DNA from: Clostridiales bacterium DTU064
GTDB taxonomy: Bacteria; Bacillota; Clostridia; Oscillospirales; CAG-272
Length of the DNA stretch: 51,152 nt
Direction of reading: 5' to 3'
Assembly: GCA_001513385.1 (NCBI GenBank)
Contig: LFTK01000058.1
Location: 300-51,451 of the forward strand
In this document: in pieces, positions 11,585 through 21,766 of the stretch
Numbering within the stretch: position 1 is the first letter of the stretch
Layout of the letters: each line of letters opens with the position of its first letter
The notes under the pieces: model-generated
Database searches by the model: none
Told to the model about the DNA's origin: nothing
What the model saw: only the letters and a program-made list of their open reading frames with translations
Translations under genes and position numbers: made by a program

Positions 11585-11698
11585 TTATCCTTGTCTCTGC
11601 TTATGCTTGGGGTTCTCGCAGATGACCATGACTCGGCCTTTTCTTTTGATGATTTTGCATTTATCGCAAATCTTTTTAACGGAAGGTCTTACTTTCAT
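11585..11698 (-). CDS. rpmJ: 50S ribosomal protein L36 (Cys3-His, zinc-binding form)
   Basis: Not in the ORF track because it is under 60 aa. Manual translation gives [37 protein letters not shown] plus a stop. It sits in the canonical slot between infA and rpsM. Confidence 0.93.
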   Translation of the reverse strand: MKVRPSVKKICDKCKIIKRKGRVMVICENPKHKQRQG

Positions 11699-11722
11699 TT
11701 CTGTACCGTCCCCTTGTCTGTT

Positions 11723-11941
11723 TTATTTCAGGCGGCGGGTTATGCGTCCCTTCGTCAGGTCATAGACCGAAACTTCGACGGTCACCTTGTCGCCCGGTAG
11801 TATTCTAATGTAGTTCATGCGCAATTTTCCAGATATAACTGCTGTAACGATATGTCCGTTCGGGAGTTGTACGCGAAAGGTTGCGTTTGGCAGCGCTTCC
11901 GTCACTGTTCCCTCGAACTTTATTACATCATCCTTCGGCAT
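11723..11941 (-). CDS. infA: translation initiation factor IF-1
   Basis: 72 aa, ...[21 protein letters not shown]...A.ISGK.R...IRILPGD.V.VE.S.YDL.KGRI..R. Confidence 0.97.
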   Translation of the reverse strand: MPKDDVIKFEGTVTEALPNATFRVQLPNGHIVTAVISGKLRMNYIRILPGDKVTVEVSVYDLTKGRITRRLK

Positions 11942-11994
11942 TCATGCCCTCCTTGATTAGACATTAAACTCTTCAAAAATAAATTCGCTACATC

Positions 11995-12366
11995 CTATTG
12001 CGTATCAACAAAATTGGTACTGTCAGAGTCAGTGGAAATGCTGCGTATATATCTCCACAGCTTCTTGTTTGTAATCGAGCCACAACGGATGGCGTCTACA
12101 ATCTCAGGAGTTGCCATTCCTTCCGTCAGAAGATGTTTACGCTTCTTTTTCTTTGGCGATTCGACTTTACGCAGCCTTCCGTCGGCAATATATACATAAC
12201 CTTCGTCTGCAGCAGCACCGATTATAACGAATCTGCGCTTTGCGTCCCGACCGCGGAGTGAAATAACTACTTCACCAACACACTCGGCCGAAACATTAAT
12301 GATTGTACTGTTGTTCGTTTCAACTCTTGCGTTATTTTTACTTTTGGGAGTCGACTTTTTAGTCAT
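11995..12366 (-). CDS. KOW-domain small RNA-binding protein (map-infA spacer gene of Clostridia), extended form
   Basis: 123 aa. The core GEVVISLRGRDAKRRFVII...VYIADG..R....PKKKK.KHL is KOW-like. The ATGA overlap with the map stop suggests translational coupling. Confidence 0.65.
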   Translation of the reverse strand: MTKKSTPKSKNNARVETNNSTIINVSAECVGEVVISLRGRDAKRRFVIIGAAADEGYVYIADGRLRKVESPKKKKRKHLLTEGMATPEIVDAIRCGSITNKKLWRYIRSISTDSDSTNFVDTQ

Positions 12367-13115
12367 ACCTGTGTTAGCAATATTATACCTTCTTCGGTGA
12401 TAGCCACGGTATGCTCGTAGTGCGCCGAAAGGCCGCCGTCGGCTGTTTTAACTGTCCAACCATCAGGCATTTCCCTGACAGCTCCTGTGCCGGTGTTCAC
12501 CATCGGTTCAATTGCTATGGTCATACCCGCACACAAGCGAAGTCCGTGTCCCGCACGCCCGAAATTGGGCACCTCGGGATCTTCGTGAAGCTCTTCACCA
12601 ACACCGTGTCCGACATATCTTCGGACAACGGAATATCCGTGTTCAGCGCAATACGACTCGACCGCGTGTCCTATGTCGCCAATACGCGCACCTTCTTTTT
12701 TTATTGCTTCAAGGGCGCGGTAGAATGACGCTTCTGTCACCTCAATTAGTCGTTTCGCTTCATTTGACACAGCTCCGACCGGGAAAGTCCTCGCATTGTC
12801 GCCATGATAGCCGCGGAATTTTGCGCCGACATCAATCTTCACGATATCACCCTCCTCAAGGACACGCCCTTCGGAGGGGATTCCGTGAATGACCTCGTCG
12901 TTAATACTTATGCACGCGGATGCTGGAAAACCTGCGTAACCAAGGAAGGACGGCACGGCTCCACAACGCTCGATGTGGTTTCTGATGATATCATCGAGCT
13001 TTTTTGTTGTGACACCCGGACGTACATTTTCACCGGCGAGAAGTAAAGCCTCGCCAGCTATCCGTCCCGCACGTTTCATTAATTTAAGCTGTTCCGCGTT
13101 TTTTAAATGAATCAT
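12363..13115 (-). CDS. map: methionine aminopeptidase type I
   Basis: 250 aa with the metal-ligand pattern D..D...H...E...E and the HGIP motif context VIHGIP. Confidence 0.95.
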   Translation of the reverse strand: MIHLKNAEQLKLMKRAGRIAGEALLLAGENVRPGVTTKKLDDIIRNHIERCGAVPSFLGYAGFPASACISINDEVIHGIPSEGRVLEEGDIVKIDVGAKFRGYHGDNARTFPVGAVSNEAKRLIEVTEASFYRALEAIKKEGARIGDIGHAVESYCAEHGYSVVRRYVGHGVGEELHEDPEVPNFGRAGHGLRLCAGMTIAIEPMVNTGTGAVREMPDGWTVKTADGGLSAHYEHTVAITEEGIILLTQV

Positions 13116-13123
13116 AATAATTT

Positions 13124-13792
13124 TTAACCCTTTAAGTAATTTTCAATCACATTAAGGGTGAGTGCTGTTGTATCTTCAAGCTTTTCCTGACCGATTACTG
13201 TCCGCAAGATGCCCTTTTCCTCGTAGTATTTGATAAGAGGCTCAGTTTGTTCGTGATAAACTTTGAGTCTGCTTTCAACTACCGAGGGTTCATCATCCTT
13301 GCGGCAGGCAAGCGGGCCACCGCAACGCGGGCATGTCTTATTATCCTCAGTCGGGTTATACTCGATATGGTAAGTCGCGCCGCATGTACAACAAACGCGT
13401 CTTCCACTCATCCTTCGAATTATAACATCATCATCAACAGCAAGATTAATTACAAGCGATATTTCCGCACCGGACTCATCGAGTGCAATAGCCTGAGCCG
13501 TGGTACGCGGGAATCCATCGAGAATGTATCCGTTTTTACAATCATCCTCGGCAAGGCGTTCTTTCATGATTCCAATGATTATATCATCGGGAACGAGTTC
13601 GCCTGCTTCCACGTACTTAGCTGCTGTTTTGCCAAGTTCGGTCTGGTTTTTTATTGCAGATCGAAGAATGGCACCGGTTGATATTGCTGGTATTGAATAC
13701 TTTTCAGATATTATTTCCGTTTGCGTCCCTTTTCCGGCTCCGGGAGGGCCGAGAAAGATCAGCTTAATTTGTTTATTGTTATTGTAGTGCAT
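13124..13792 (-). CDS. adk: adenylate kinase (Cys4 zinc LID form)
   Basis: 222 aa with P-loop GPPGAGKGTQ and LID segment CCTCGATYH...CPRCGGPL. Confidence 0.96.
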   Translation of the reverse strand: MHYNNNKQIKLIFLGPPGAGKGTQTEIISEKYSIPAISTGAILRSAIKNQTELGKTAAKYVEAGELVPDDIIIGIMKERLAEDDCKNGYILDGFPRTTAQAIALDESGAEISLVINLAVDDDVIIRRMSGRRVCCTCGATYHIEYNPTEDNKTCPRCGGPLACRKDDEPSVVESRLKVYHEQTEPLIKYYEEKGILRTVIGQEKLEDTTALTLNVIENYLKG

Positions 13793-13810
13793 TTACTTCT
13801 CCGTTAAATA

Positions 13811-15118
13811 TTACTGCAAAAAGCCGCGATAACCGCGAATCGACATCTGCGCAGCAAGATCCCTTGCGGTCTCAAGTGCAACGCCAACAACGATAAGAAG
13901 CGATGTACCACCAAAAGCAATACCGGAAATAGCGTGGTCAGTAATTATATTAGCTATAATCGGTGCTATTGCAACGACTGACAGGAAAAGAGAACCGATA
14001 AGTGTTATCTTGTTCAGAACTCTTGTAATATATTCCGCTGTCGGACGTCCCGGACGGATACCAGGAATGGAACCACCGTTATTCTTTAAGTTGTTCGCAA
14101 CTTCAATCGGGTTGAAGGATATTGTGATGTAGAAATATCCGAACGCGATGATTAAAACGAACAGTATGAACGGATAGAACCAAGAGTTGCTTGATAAGAA
14201 ATTAACGGTTTTATCCCAGAACGATCCATCCTTTGGCGTGATGATCATAGCCAGAGTAGCCGGAATCGCTAAAATGGAGTTCGCAAAGATAACAGGCATA
14301 ACGCCAGACATATTCAACTTTATCGGAAGGTTTGAATTCTGTCCGCCATACATTTTACGGCCTATAACACGCTTTGCGTAAACAATAGGGAGACGACGCT
14401 CACTTTCTGTAATGAATACAATAAAGTATATCATCGCTATCCCGATTATTATAGCGATAATAGGCGTCAGATAGCCCATAAGCGTATGTTTGCCGAAATA
14501 ATTGCGGATAGTCGTCACAGCATCAAAGCTACCGGAAACGATATTCGCAAAAAGTATTATTGAAATACCATTGCCGATACCCTTTTCATTGATTCTTTCA
14601 CCGAACCACATAACAATAGCCGAACCTGCGCAGTAGCAGGTGACTATGATAATGGCCGGGAAGAATCCTTCTACGGTTAAAAGACCGTATTTGCTGAGCA
14701 TCATGTAATAACCGTAGCTTGTGATAAGCGCGAGAGCAACAGTAACATAACGTGTAATCTGCGCTATCTTTTTCTGTCCCTCAGGCCCTTCTTTTTGCAA
14801 GCGCTCAAGTGCAGGAATAGCAACTGTGAGCAGCTGCATTACGATTGATGATGTGATGTATGGCGAAATACCGAGCGCAAACAGCGTCGCCATAGAGAAG
14901 GCGCTGCCTGAGAGCAGGTTCAGGTATTCAAACATGCTCCCGGCGTTTGACTCCAGTATGCCGGAGAAGTTGTATGCGTCGATATACGGAACAGGAATTG
15001 CTACGCCAATTCTATATATAAGAAGAATGAAGAATGTGTATAAAATTTTCTTTCTGAGATCGGGTGTTTTAAACGCGTTTATTATGGGCTGAAACCAGCT
15101 AAAAAACGTCGTAAACAT
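13811..15118 (-). CDS. secY: preprotein translocase subunit SecY
   Basis: 435 aa with 10 TM segments, in the conserved position after rplO. Confidence 0.96.
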   Translation of the reverse strand: MFTTFFSWFQPIINAFKTPDLRKKILYTFFILLIYRIGVAIPVPYIDAYNFSGILESNAGSMFEYLNLLSGSAFSMATLFALGISPYITSSIVMQLLTVAIPALERLQKEGPEGQKKIAQITRYVTVALALITSYGYYMMLSKYGLLTVEGFFPAIIIVTCYCAGSAIVMWFGERINEKGIGNGISIILFANIVSGSFDAVTTIRNYFGKHTLMGYLTPIIAIIIGIAMIYFIVFITESERRLPIVYAKRVIGRKMYGGQNSNLPIKLNMSGVMPVIFANSILAIPATLAMIITPKDGSFWDKTVNFLSSNSWFYPFILFVLIIAFGYFYITISFNPIEVANNLKNNGGSIPGIRPGRPTAEYITRVLNKITLIGSLFLSVVAIAPIIANIITDHAISGIAFGGTSLLIVVGVALETARDLAAQMSIRGYRGFLQ

Positions 15119-15119
15119 C

Positions 15120-15560
15120 TCAGATTACCTCGACTGTTCCGCCTGCGGCTTCAATCTTTTCCTTAGCCGTGGCCGAAAATACCGTTGCTCGTACATTAAG
15201 CTTCCGGTTAAGTTCGCCGTTACCGAGAACCTTTAGTCCGTCATAAGGCTTGCGAATAATTTTCTTTTCAAGCAGAGTTTCGATTGTTACTGTATCGCCA
15301 TCGTTGAAAATATCAAGATCAGATACATTAACTATCGCATACTGCTTGCTGAACATATTATTAAAACCTCTTTTAGGCAGCTTCCTGTAAAGCGGGAGCT
15401 GTCCACCCTCAAATCCGGGCCTTACACCGCCACCAGAGCGAGCATTCTGACCTTTATGACCTCTGCCGGCTGTTTTACCGTTACCGGAGCCGATGCCTCT
15501 GCCCTTACGCCACGCTTTTTTTGCGGAGCCGGGAGCGGGTGAAAGTTCATGGAGCTTCAT
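15120..15560 (-). CDS. rplO: 50S ribosomal protein L15
   Basis: [12 protein letters not shown]... The start is set at the second in-frame ATG (15560) because AAGGAGG lies 6 nt upstream. The ORF-track start at 15578 lacks an RBS. Confidence 0.94.
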   Translation of the reverse strand: MKLHELSPAPGSAKKAWRKGRGIGSGNGKTAGRGHKGQNARSGGGVRPGFEGGQLPLYRKLPKRGFNNMFSKQYAIVNVSDLDIFNDGDTVTIETLLEKKIIRKPYDGLKVLGNGELNRKLNVRATVFSATAKEKIEAAGGTVEVI

Positions 15561-15602
15561 GGTTTTCCTCCTTAACAAGTAGTGCTGCGCCGCACACGAC
15601 GC

Positions 15603-15800
15603 TTACGCCTCTTTCTTTTCCACCTTTACAAGATGGGAGAGGACTTTAACCTTGCCGGCCGTAACCGCGTCGTCTTCAACAACGGCGCTGTCGCCTATCT
15701 TGCGCAGCCCAAGTGAATATGCTGTTGCTTTCTGCTTAGGCTTACAGGCTATCAGACTCTTTACAAGAGTTACTTTAAGCATTGCTGTATCCTTACTCAT
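15603..15800 (-). CDS. rpmD: 50S ribosomal protein L30
   Basis: 65 aa, ...LKVTLVKSLI....QKATAYSLGLRKIG.... Confidence 0.93.
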   Translation of the reverse strand: MSKDTAMLKVTLVKSLIACKPKQKATAYSLGLRKIGDSAVVEDDAVTAGKVKVLSHLVKVEKKEA

Positions 15801-15814
15801 TGCCAGCGCCTCCT

Positions 15815-16324
15815 TTAACCCTTGATAGCATCGACTGGAATTCCGCGGCTCTTAGCCACTTCTTCCGCCGTGCGCAGGGCTTTCAGACCCTCGAACGTAG
15901 CTTTTACAACGTTCACGGGGTTACGGCTGCGCAGGCACTTTGCTCTTATGTTGCGTATTCCGGCAAGTTCAAGAATTGCACGGACGGTTTTTCCTGCGAT
16001 AATTCCCGTACCGGGTGCGGCAGGCTTTAGAAGCACCTTACCTGCACCATATTCCCCTATGACTTCATGAGGAATTGTCGTATCCTTTAAAGATACTGTG
16101 ATCATATTCTTCTTTGCATCCTCAATGGCCTTGCGTACGGCTTCCTGTACTTCAGTTGCCTTACCAAGTCCGTAACCTACATGACCGTTGCCATCGCCGA
16201 CAACCATAATTGCTGCGAATCTTGTAACACGGCCGCCCTTAACAGTTTTGCTTACACGGTTGAGGGATATTTGCTTATCTTGAAGATCAAGCGTTGCGGC
16301 ATTGATTCTTTCTTTCACTGCCAT
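15815..16324 (-). CDS. rpsE: 30S ribosomal protein S5
   Basis: 169 aa, ...[32 protein letters not shown]. Confidence 0.97.
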   Translation of the reverse strand: MAVKERINAATLDLQDKQISLNRVSKTVKGGRVTRFAAIMVVGDGNGHVGYGLGKATEVQEAVRKAIEDAKKNMITVSLKDTTIPHEVIGEYGAGKVLLKPAAPGTGIIAGKTVRAILELAGIRNIRAKCLRSRNPVNVVKATFEGLKALRTAEEVAKSRGIPVDAIKG

Positions 16325-16400
16325 TGTGTAGTATTCCTCCTGATTTTTAACCTGAAAAGCTCAGATTATACGGCTTTTCAAGGTTGTGTACAAACCGAAG

Positions 16401-16760
16401 TCAGAACTGCAGGCCGCCCTCGCGGGCACCCTCAGCCAGCTCCGATACACGCCCGTGATAAAGGTAGCCGCCGCGATCAAATACAACCGCTTTGATTCCC
16501 TTGTCAAGCGCTCTTTTTGCTATTATACCGCCGATTTTTCTTGCGGCTTCCTTGTTCGAGCCACTTCCCTCGAACGTTTTTTCAAGTGTTGATGCTGAAA
16601 CAAGCGTTACTCCGTTTACATCGTCAATTATCTGGGCAGAGATATGCTTGTTGGAGCGGTACACGCAGAGGCGCGGGCACTCCGGCGTGCCGCTTATTTT
16701 CGCCCTTACGCGAGCGTGCCTTTTTAGGCGGGCCTTATTTTTATCCTTAATTGTGACCAT
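16401..16760 (-). CDS. rplR: 50S ribosomal protein L18
   Basis: 119 aa, ...[17 protein letters not shown]....[22 protein letters not shown]. Confidence 0.97.
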   Translation of the reverse strand: MVTIKDKNKARLKRHARVRAKISGTPECPRLCVYRSNKHISAQIIDDVNGVTLVSASTLEKTFEGSGSNKEAARKIGGIIAKRALDKGIKAVVFDRGGYLYHGRVSELAEGAREGGLQF

Positions 16761-16777
16761 TACGCTCAGCTCCTTTC

Positions 16778-17317
16778 TTACTTACCAGCCTTACCGGCTT
16801 TGCGGCGTATCTTTTCGCCCTCATATCTTATTCCTTTACCGTGATACGGTTCAGGCGGACGCTTTGAACGGATCTCCGCTGCTACCTGTCCGACTCTCTG
16901 TTTGTCGATACCACGAACAGTTATATTTGTTGCCGTCGGAGTTTCAAATGTAATGTTCTCCTCAGGAACGATTGTGATAGAGTGCGAATATCCAACGTTA
17001 AGAACTAAATTCTTTCCGTTCATCGAAGCTCTGTAACCGCTTCCTACGATTTCGAGCTTTTTCTCATAGCCTTGTGTAACACCGATTATCATGTTATTGA
17101 TAAGCGTTCTTGAAAGGCCATGAAGTGATTTATCAAGGTTTTCATCTGTGGAGCGAGAAACCTTAATTGTAGAGCCGTCTTTTTCAACCTTGATTCTTGG
17201 ATGAATCGTCATTGAAAGCGTGCCCTTAGGTCCTTTTACCGTTATAGCGTTGTTCTTTGCGATATCTACTGTAACGCCGGACGGTATTGTAATTTCTTTT
17301 CTTCCTATTCTTGACAT
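16778..17317 (-). CDS. rplF: 50S ribosomal protein L6
   Basis: 179 aa, [14 protein letters not shown]......V.VKGPKG.L. Confidence 0.97.
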   Translation of the reverse strand: MSRIGRKEITIPSGVTVDIAKNNAITVKGPKGTLSMTIHPRIKVEKDGSTIKVSRSTDENLDKSLHGLSRTLINNMIIGVTQGYEKKLEIVGSGYRASMNGKNLVLNVGYSHSITIVPEENITFETPTATNITVRGIDKQRVGQVAAEIRSKRPPEPYHGKGIRYEGEKIRRKAGKAGK

Positions 17318-17332
17318 ACTATCCTCGCCTCC

Positions 17333-17731
17333 TTACCAGATGAACGCAAGGACTTCGCCGCCGATATGCTCTGCACGAGCCTGACGGTCGGTCATAATGC
17401 CCTTGGATGTTGATACGATAGCGATGCCAAGGCCGTTCATTACACGCGGCATGTTTTCGTAGCTCGAATATATACGAAGACCGGGCTTCGATACACGGCG
17501 CAAGCCACGGATTACGCGCTGCTTGCCATGCTCATATTTAAGTGAAATGCGAATTATCCCCTGTTTGCCGTCCTCTATGATCTGATAGCTCTTGATATAG
17601 CCTTCTGTCATAAGAATTTCGGCAATGGATTTCTTTAAATTAGACGCCGGAATATCAACCGTATCGTGACGAGCATCATTGGCGTTCCTGATACGGGTTA
17701 GCATATCGGCTATAACGTCTGAAATCTGCAT
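17333..17731 (-). CDS. rpsH: 30S ribosomal protein S8
   Basis: 132 aa, M...[12 protein letters not shown].......V..P.S.LK..I..IL..EGYI. Confidence 0.97.
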   Translation of the reverse strand: MQISDVIADMLTRIRNANDARHDTVDIPASNLKKSIAEILMTEGYIKSYQIIEDGKQGIIRISLKYEHGKQRVIRGLRRVSKPGLRIYSSYENMPRVMNGLGIAIVSTSKGIMTDRQARAEHIGGEVLAFIW

Positions 17732-17860
17732 TTATTTGCTTCCTCCTGTGCAAGTCTCTTTATCTTGCTGCCGCTTATCTTCGCGGCTGTCCCACCCGGG
17801 GTTAAAGAATGTTTTCTTTCCTTTCGGGCAGCGGATATTTTTGTTCTTACGAACCCGCCC

Positions 17861-18046
17861 TTACCAGGACGCTTTCTTAATTCCGGGAATTTGACCCTTG
17901 TATGCGAGTTCGCGGAAGCAGATACGGCAAATACCGTATTTGCGCAGATAAGCGTGGGGACGGCCACAGATCTTGCAGCGATTATATTTTCTTGTTGAAA
18001 AGCGCTGCTCTCTTTTCTGTTTGTAAATCAATGAGGTTTTAGCCAT
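17861..18046 (-). CDS. rpsN: 30S ribosomal protein S14, short zinc-binding type (type Z)
   Basis: 61 aa, [61 protein letters not shown]. Confidence 0.96.
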   Translation of the reverse strand: MAKTSLIYKQKREQRFSTRKYNRCKICGRPHAYLRKYGICRICFRELAYKGQIPGIKKASW

Positions 18047-18063
18047 TATCTGTTATCCCCCGA

Positions 18064-18612
18064 TTATTGTTTCTCAAACGGAGCGCCCAAGAGTCTGAGA
18101 AGCTCGCGCGCTTCTTCGTCTGTTTTTGCTGTCGTAACGAATACAATACTCATTCCGCGTATTTTATCAACTTTATCGAACTCGATTTCCGGGAATACAA
18201 GCTGTTCCTTAAGACCAAGCGAATAGTTTCCGCGGCCATCAAATGAATTTGCGCTTATACCTTTGAAGTCGCGTGCTCGCGGCAGCGCAAACATAAACAG
18301 CTTATCTACAAATTCGTACATTCTGTCGCCGCGTAATGTAACCTTCGCACCTATTTTCATTCCTGCACGAACTTTGAAGTTCGCAATAGACTTTTTAGCG
18401 AGCGTTGGTACCGCACGCTGGCCTGTAATCATCGTAAGCTCTGATATTACGTTTTCAAGAGCCTTTGGATTGTCCTTCGCATCGCCGCAGCCGACGTTAA
18501 CGACTACTTTAACGAGCTTAGGAATCTGCATTGGGCTTTTATACTCGAAGCGCTTCATTAAAGCTGGAGCAGCTTCGTTTTTATATATTTCCTTAAGTCT
18601 TACTACTGCCAT
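18064..18612 (-). CDS. rplE: 50S ribosomal protein L5
   Basis: The start is set at [11 protein letters not shown] (18612) because GGAGG lies 7 nt upstream. The ORF-track start at 18630 would overlap the rplX stop. Confidence 0.95.
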   Translation of the reverse strand: MAVVRLKEIYKNEAAPALMKRFEYKSPMQIPKLVKVVVNVGCGDAKDNPKALENVISELTMITGQRAVPTLAKKSIANFKVRAGMKIGAKVTLRGDRMYEFVDKLFMFALPRARDFKGISANSFDGRGNYSLGLKEQLVFPEIEFDKVDKIRGMSIVFVTTAKTDEEARELLRLLGAPFEKQ

Positions 18613-18626
18613 TACACTGCCTCCGA

Positions 18627-18959
18627 TCAAAGCTTAGAGCCGCATTTTGCACAAACACGGTACTTTACGGACTTGCCATCCTTGCCTTCTTCGATCTTGT
18701 GCTTTATTCTGACACCGCGTTCACATTTCGGGCAGTATAATTGCACTTTAGACGCATAAATAGCGCCTTCAACTTCAACAATACCGCCTGTATCGCCCTG
18801 CTTCTTCGGCTTCAGGTGCTTATGAACAATGTGAACACCTGAAACAATGACTTTGCCTTCCTTCGGAGAGACTGCTGTCACTTTACCGCGCTTGCCTTTA
18901 TCATTTCCGGAGATAACGACGACGGTGTCATCCTTTTTTATATCTAAACTATGTTTCAT
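18627..18959 (-). CDS. rplX: 50S ribosomal protein L24 with a C-terminal CxxC...CxxC pattern
   Basis: The start is set at [27 protein letters not shown] (18959) because GGAGG lies 8 nt upstream. KOW motif present. C-terminal CPKC...CAKC. Confidence 0.95.
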   Translation of the reverse strand: MKHSLDIKKDDTVVVISGNDKGKRGKVTAVSPKEGKVIVSGVHIVHKHLKPKKQGDTGGIVEVEGAIYASKVQLYCPKCERGVRIKHKIEEGKDGKSVKYRVCAKCGSKL

Positions 18960-18972
18960 TATTGCACCTCCG

Positions 18973-19341
18973 TCATAGCACTTCCGGAGCAAGCGACAAA
19001 ATCTTTAAAAATTTCTTGTCGCGAAGCTCACGGGCAACCGGTCCAAATATACGTGTGCCCTTTGGGTTTTTATCTTCATTAATTATTACGGCTGCATTTT
19101 CATCAAAGCGTATCGTTGTGCCATCACGGCGTTTCAAACCATGAACTGTTCTAACGATAACAGCTTTTACAACGTCGCCTTTCTTGACGTCGCCACCCGG
19201 TGTAGCCTTCTTAACGCTACAGACAACGACATCACCTATATTGGCATAACGTCTACCAGTACCGCCAAGAACTCGAATGCAAAGCAGCTCTTTGGCACCG
19301 GTGTTATCGGCAACCTTTAAATATGACTCTTGTTGAATCAA
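18973..19341 (-). CDS. rplN: 50S ribosomal protein L14
   Basis: 122 aa, [27 protein letters not shown]. Confidence 0.98.
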   Translation of the reverse strand: MIQQESYLKVADNTGAKELLCIRVLGGTGRRYANIGDVVVCSVKKATPGGDVKKGDVVKAVIVRTVHGLKRRDGTTIRFDENAAVIINEDKNPKGTRIFGPVARELRDKKFLKILSLAPEVL

Positions 19342-19362
19342 TTTATAGCACCTTCCCTGTCC

Positions 19363-19635
19363 TTATTTCGCTTTTTCAATGATTTCGACAACCCGCCATC
19401 TCTTTGTCTTAGAAAGGGGTCTTGTCTCCATCACAACTACGCGATCACCGATGCCGCATTCGTTATTTTCGTCGTGTACATGGAGCTTTTTCGTGCGCTT
19501 CACTATCTTACCGTACAAGGGAGAGCGTACGTTGTCCTTGATCGCGACGACGACCGTCTTATCCATCTTGTTTGATACAACGACGCCGGTGCGCGTTTTA
19601 CGCATTCCGCGTGTTTTATTTTCTGTATTGGCCAT
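19363..19635 (-). CDS. rpsQ: 30S ribosomal protein S17
   Basis: 90 aa, ...[19 protein letters not shown].... Confidence 0.96.
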   Translation of the reverse strand: MANTENKTRGMRKTRTGVVVSNKMDKTVVVAIKDNVRSPLYGKIVKRTKKLHVHDENNECGIGDRVVVMETRPLSKTKRWRVVEIIEKAK

Positions 19636-19650
19636 TTTGTCGCGTCCTCC

Positions 19651-19839
19651 TTATGCGTTTTTCTCGTGAAGCACGGTCATTACACGCGCGATATCGCGCT
19701 TGACATCCACGATTCTATGTGTATTTTCAAGCTGGTTAATCGCGTGTTGGAAACGGAGGTTGAATAGCTCGCTTTTAAGCTCCGCGAGCTTGTTTTCAAG
19801 CTCCTCGGAGGTCATTGCTCTGAGTTCGCTTGCTTTCAT
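19651..19839 (-). CDS. rpmC: 50S ribosomal protein L29
   Basis: 62 aa, MKASELRAMTSEELENKLAELKSELFNLRFQ. Confidence 0.96.
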   Translation of the reverse strand: MKASELRAMTSEELENKLAELKSELFNLRFQHAINQLENTHRIVDVKRDIARVMTVLHEKNA

Positions 19840-19842
19840 CGA

Positions 19843-20274
19843 TTATACCTCCCCTTCACTTTCGAGCTGCTGCCGCGTCATAAACTTACATTTTATCGGA
19901 AGCTTATACGAGGCCAGACGCATTGCCTCCCGTGCTATGTCTTCCGTAACGTCGCCCATCTCGAATAATACTCTGCCCGGTTTAACGACAGCTACCCAGT
20001 ACTCTGGGGAACCTTTACCGGAACCCATTCGTGTTTCAGCTGGTTTTACTGTAATCGGTTTATCCGGGAATATCTTTATCCAAACCTTACCGCCGCGGCG
20101 TGTATAACGTGTCATAGCAATACGTGCGGCTTCGATCTGGTTACTTGTTATCCAGGCTGGCTCAAGTGCAACAAGACCATACTCACCGTTTGTAATCTTG
20201 TTGCCGCGCTGAGCTCTACCCTTCATACGTCCGCGCTGTACGCGTCTGTACTTTACTCTTTTCGGCATCAACAT
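19843..20274 (-). CDS. rplP: 50S ribosomal protein L16
   Basis: 143 aa, [22 protein letters not shown]. Confidence 0.98.
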   Translation of the reverse strand: MLMPKRVKYRRVQRGRMKGRAQRGNKITNGEYGLVALEPAWITSNQIEAARIAMTRYTRRGGKVWIKIFPDKPITVKPAETRMGSGKGSPEYWVAVVKPGRVLFEMGDVTEDIAREAMRLASYKLPIKCKFMTRQQLESEGEV

Positions 20275-20277
20275 GAT

Positions 20278-21060
20278 TTATTTTCTGCCTCCCTCTTTCG
20301 CACCTTTGTTCCCGGCATTACCTGCGCCCTTGTTTCCACCGCGTGAGCCACGTCTACCTCCCTCACGGCGATCGCCTTCATGCTTCTGGCGATGGGATGC
20401 TGCAGGTGTTTCAGATACAGTGCGCTGGATTTCGGGAAGAACTTCGCCTTTGTATATCCAGACCTTAACACCTATCTTACCGTATGTTGTATGAGCTTCC
20501 CAAAAACCATAGTCAATGTCTGCGCGCAGTGTCTGAAGCGGGATAGTGCCCTCGTGATAATGCTCGGTGCGAGCAATCTCGGCACCGCCGAGACGGCCGC
20601 TGCAGGATACTTTAATTCCTTTAGCGCCGCATTTCATCGCTCTTGCTATTGCCTGCTTCATTGCACGGCGGAATGAAATTCTGCGTTCAAGCTGGCTTGC
20701 AATATTCTCAGCGACGAGCTGAGCATTTAAATCGATTGGTTTTACCTCGATTACGTTAACTGAAGCAGGCATGCCAGCTATCTTTTCAATATCAATTTTT
20801 AATTTGTCTATTTCTGCACCGCCGCGGCCAATCACCATGCCGGGCTTTGCGCAGTGAATGAATACTTTGATTCTTCCGTTAGCGCGCTCAATTTCAATCT
20901 TAGGAATGCCAGCAAGCTTAAGCTTTTCTTTCAAGTATTTCCTAAGGTTGTAGTCGGAAACGAGAATGTCGCCGAATTTCTCGTCGGAGGCGTACCATCT
21001 CGAGTCCCAATCTCTAATAATACCCACGCGCATGCCGTGAGGATTTACTTTTTGACCCAT
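20278..21060 (-). CDS. rpsC: 30S ribosomal protein S3 with an Arg/Gly/Lys-rich C-terminal tail
   Basis: 260 aa, [24 protein letters not shown]... The last roughly 45 aa are low-complexity ([27 protein letters not shown]). Confidence 0.96.
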   Translation of the reverse strand: MGQKVNPHGMRVGIIRDWDSRWYASDEKFGDILVSDYNLRKYLKEKLKLAGIPKIEIERANGRIKVFIHCAKPGMVIGRGGAEIDKLKIDIEKIAGMPASVNVIEVKPIDLNAQLVAENIASQLERRISFRRAMKQAIARAMKCGAKGIKVSCSGRLGGAEIARTEHYHEGTIPLQTLRADIDYGFWEAHTTYGKIGVKVWIYKGEVLPEIQRTVSETPAASHRQKHEGDRREGGRRGSRGGNKGAGNAGNKGAKEGGRK

Positions 21061-21082
21061 ACTTTAGTTGTTTGCCTCCTTC

Positions 21083-21418
21083 TTATTCTCTTTCCTTAAC
21101 TTTCACTGTGATATGACAGGTGCGCTTCAGAATTACGTCAGCGCTGCCCTTTGCACGCGGCATAAGGCGCTTCATTGTCGGGCCGGGGCAAACGTAGCAT
21201 TCAGAAATATAAAGTTTTCCACCGTCCATCTCGTGGTTGTTTTCGGCATTAGCGCGTGCGCTTTTAAGCAACTTAATAAGGTCAGGGCAAATAGCTTTCC
21301 TCGTGTTCTTGAGGATGCCCATCGCTACATCTATGTCTTTACCACGTATAAGTTTTAAAACATTTACAACCTTTCGTGGTGACACGCGTATATATTTGAG
21401 GTGTGCTACAGCTTCCAT
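21083..21418 (-). CDS. rplV: 50S ribosomal protein L22
   Basis: 111 aa, MEAVAHLKYIRVSPRKV..V..LIRGK....A..IL. Confidence 0.96.
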   Translation of the reverse strand: MEAVAHLKYIRVSPRKVVNVLKLIRGKDIDVAMGILKNTRKAICPDLIKLLKSARANAENNHEMDGGKLYISECYVCPGPTMKRLMPRAKGSADVILKRTCHITVKVKERE

Positions 21419-21468
21419 TTATCTATTTTTGACCTCCGTATGTTCTATTTGTTTTAATTGTTCTGCGC

Positions 21469-21750
21469 TTAAGAGCCTGTGTTGGAGGTCTTAGAGCCTG
21501 AATGCCCTCTGAAGGTGCGTGTTGGCGCAAACTCACCGAGCTTGTGGCTTACCATCTCCTCCGTGATATACACCGGAACATGCTTTCTGCCGTCGTGAAC
21601 GGCTATTGTGTGGCCGACAAACTCGGGATATATTGTCGAGTCACGGCTCCACGTCTTGAGGACCTTCTTCTCGCCTTTTTCGTTCATGGCGCATATCCTT
21701 GCATACAGCTTAGGTTCGACATAAGGCGCTTTCTTTAAGCTTCTGCTCAT
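21469..21750 (-). CDS. rpsS: 30S ribosomal protein S19
   Basis: 93 aa, [11 protein letters not shown]...L........[26 protein letters not shown]. Confidence 0.97.
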   Translation of the reverse strand: MSRSLKKAPYVEPKLYARICAMNEKGEKKVLKTWSRDSTIYPEFVGHTIAVHDGRKHVPVYITEEMVSHKLGEFAPTRTFRGHSGSKTSNTGS

Positions 21751-21766
21751 TTATCGTTCGTCCTCC

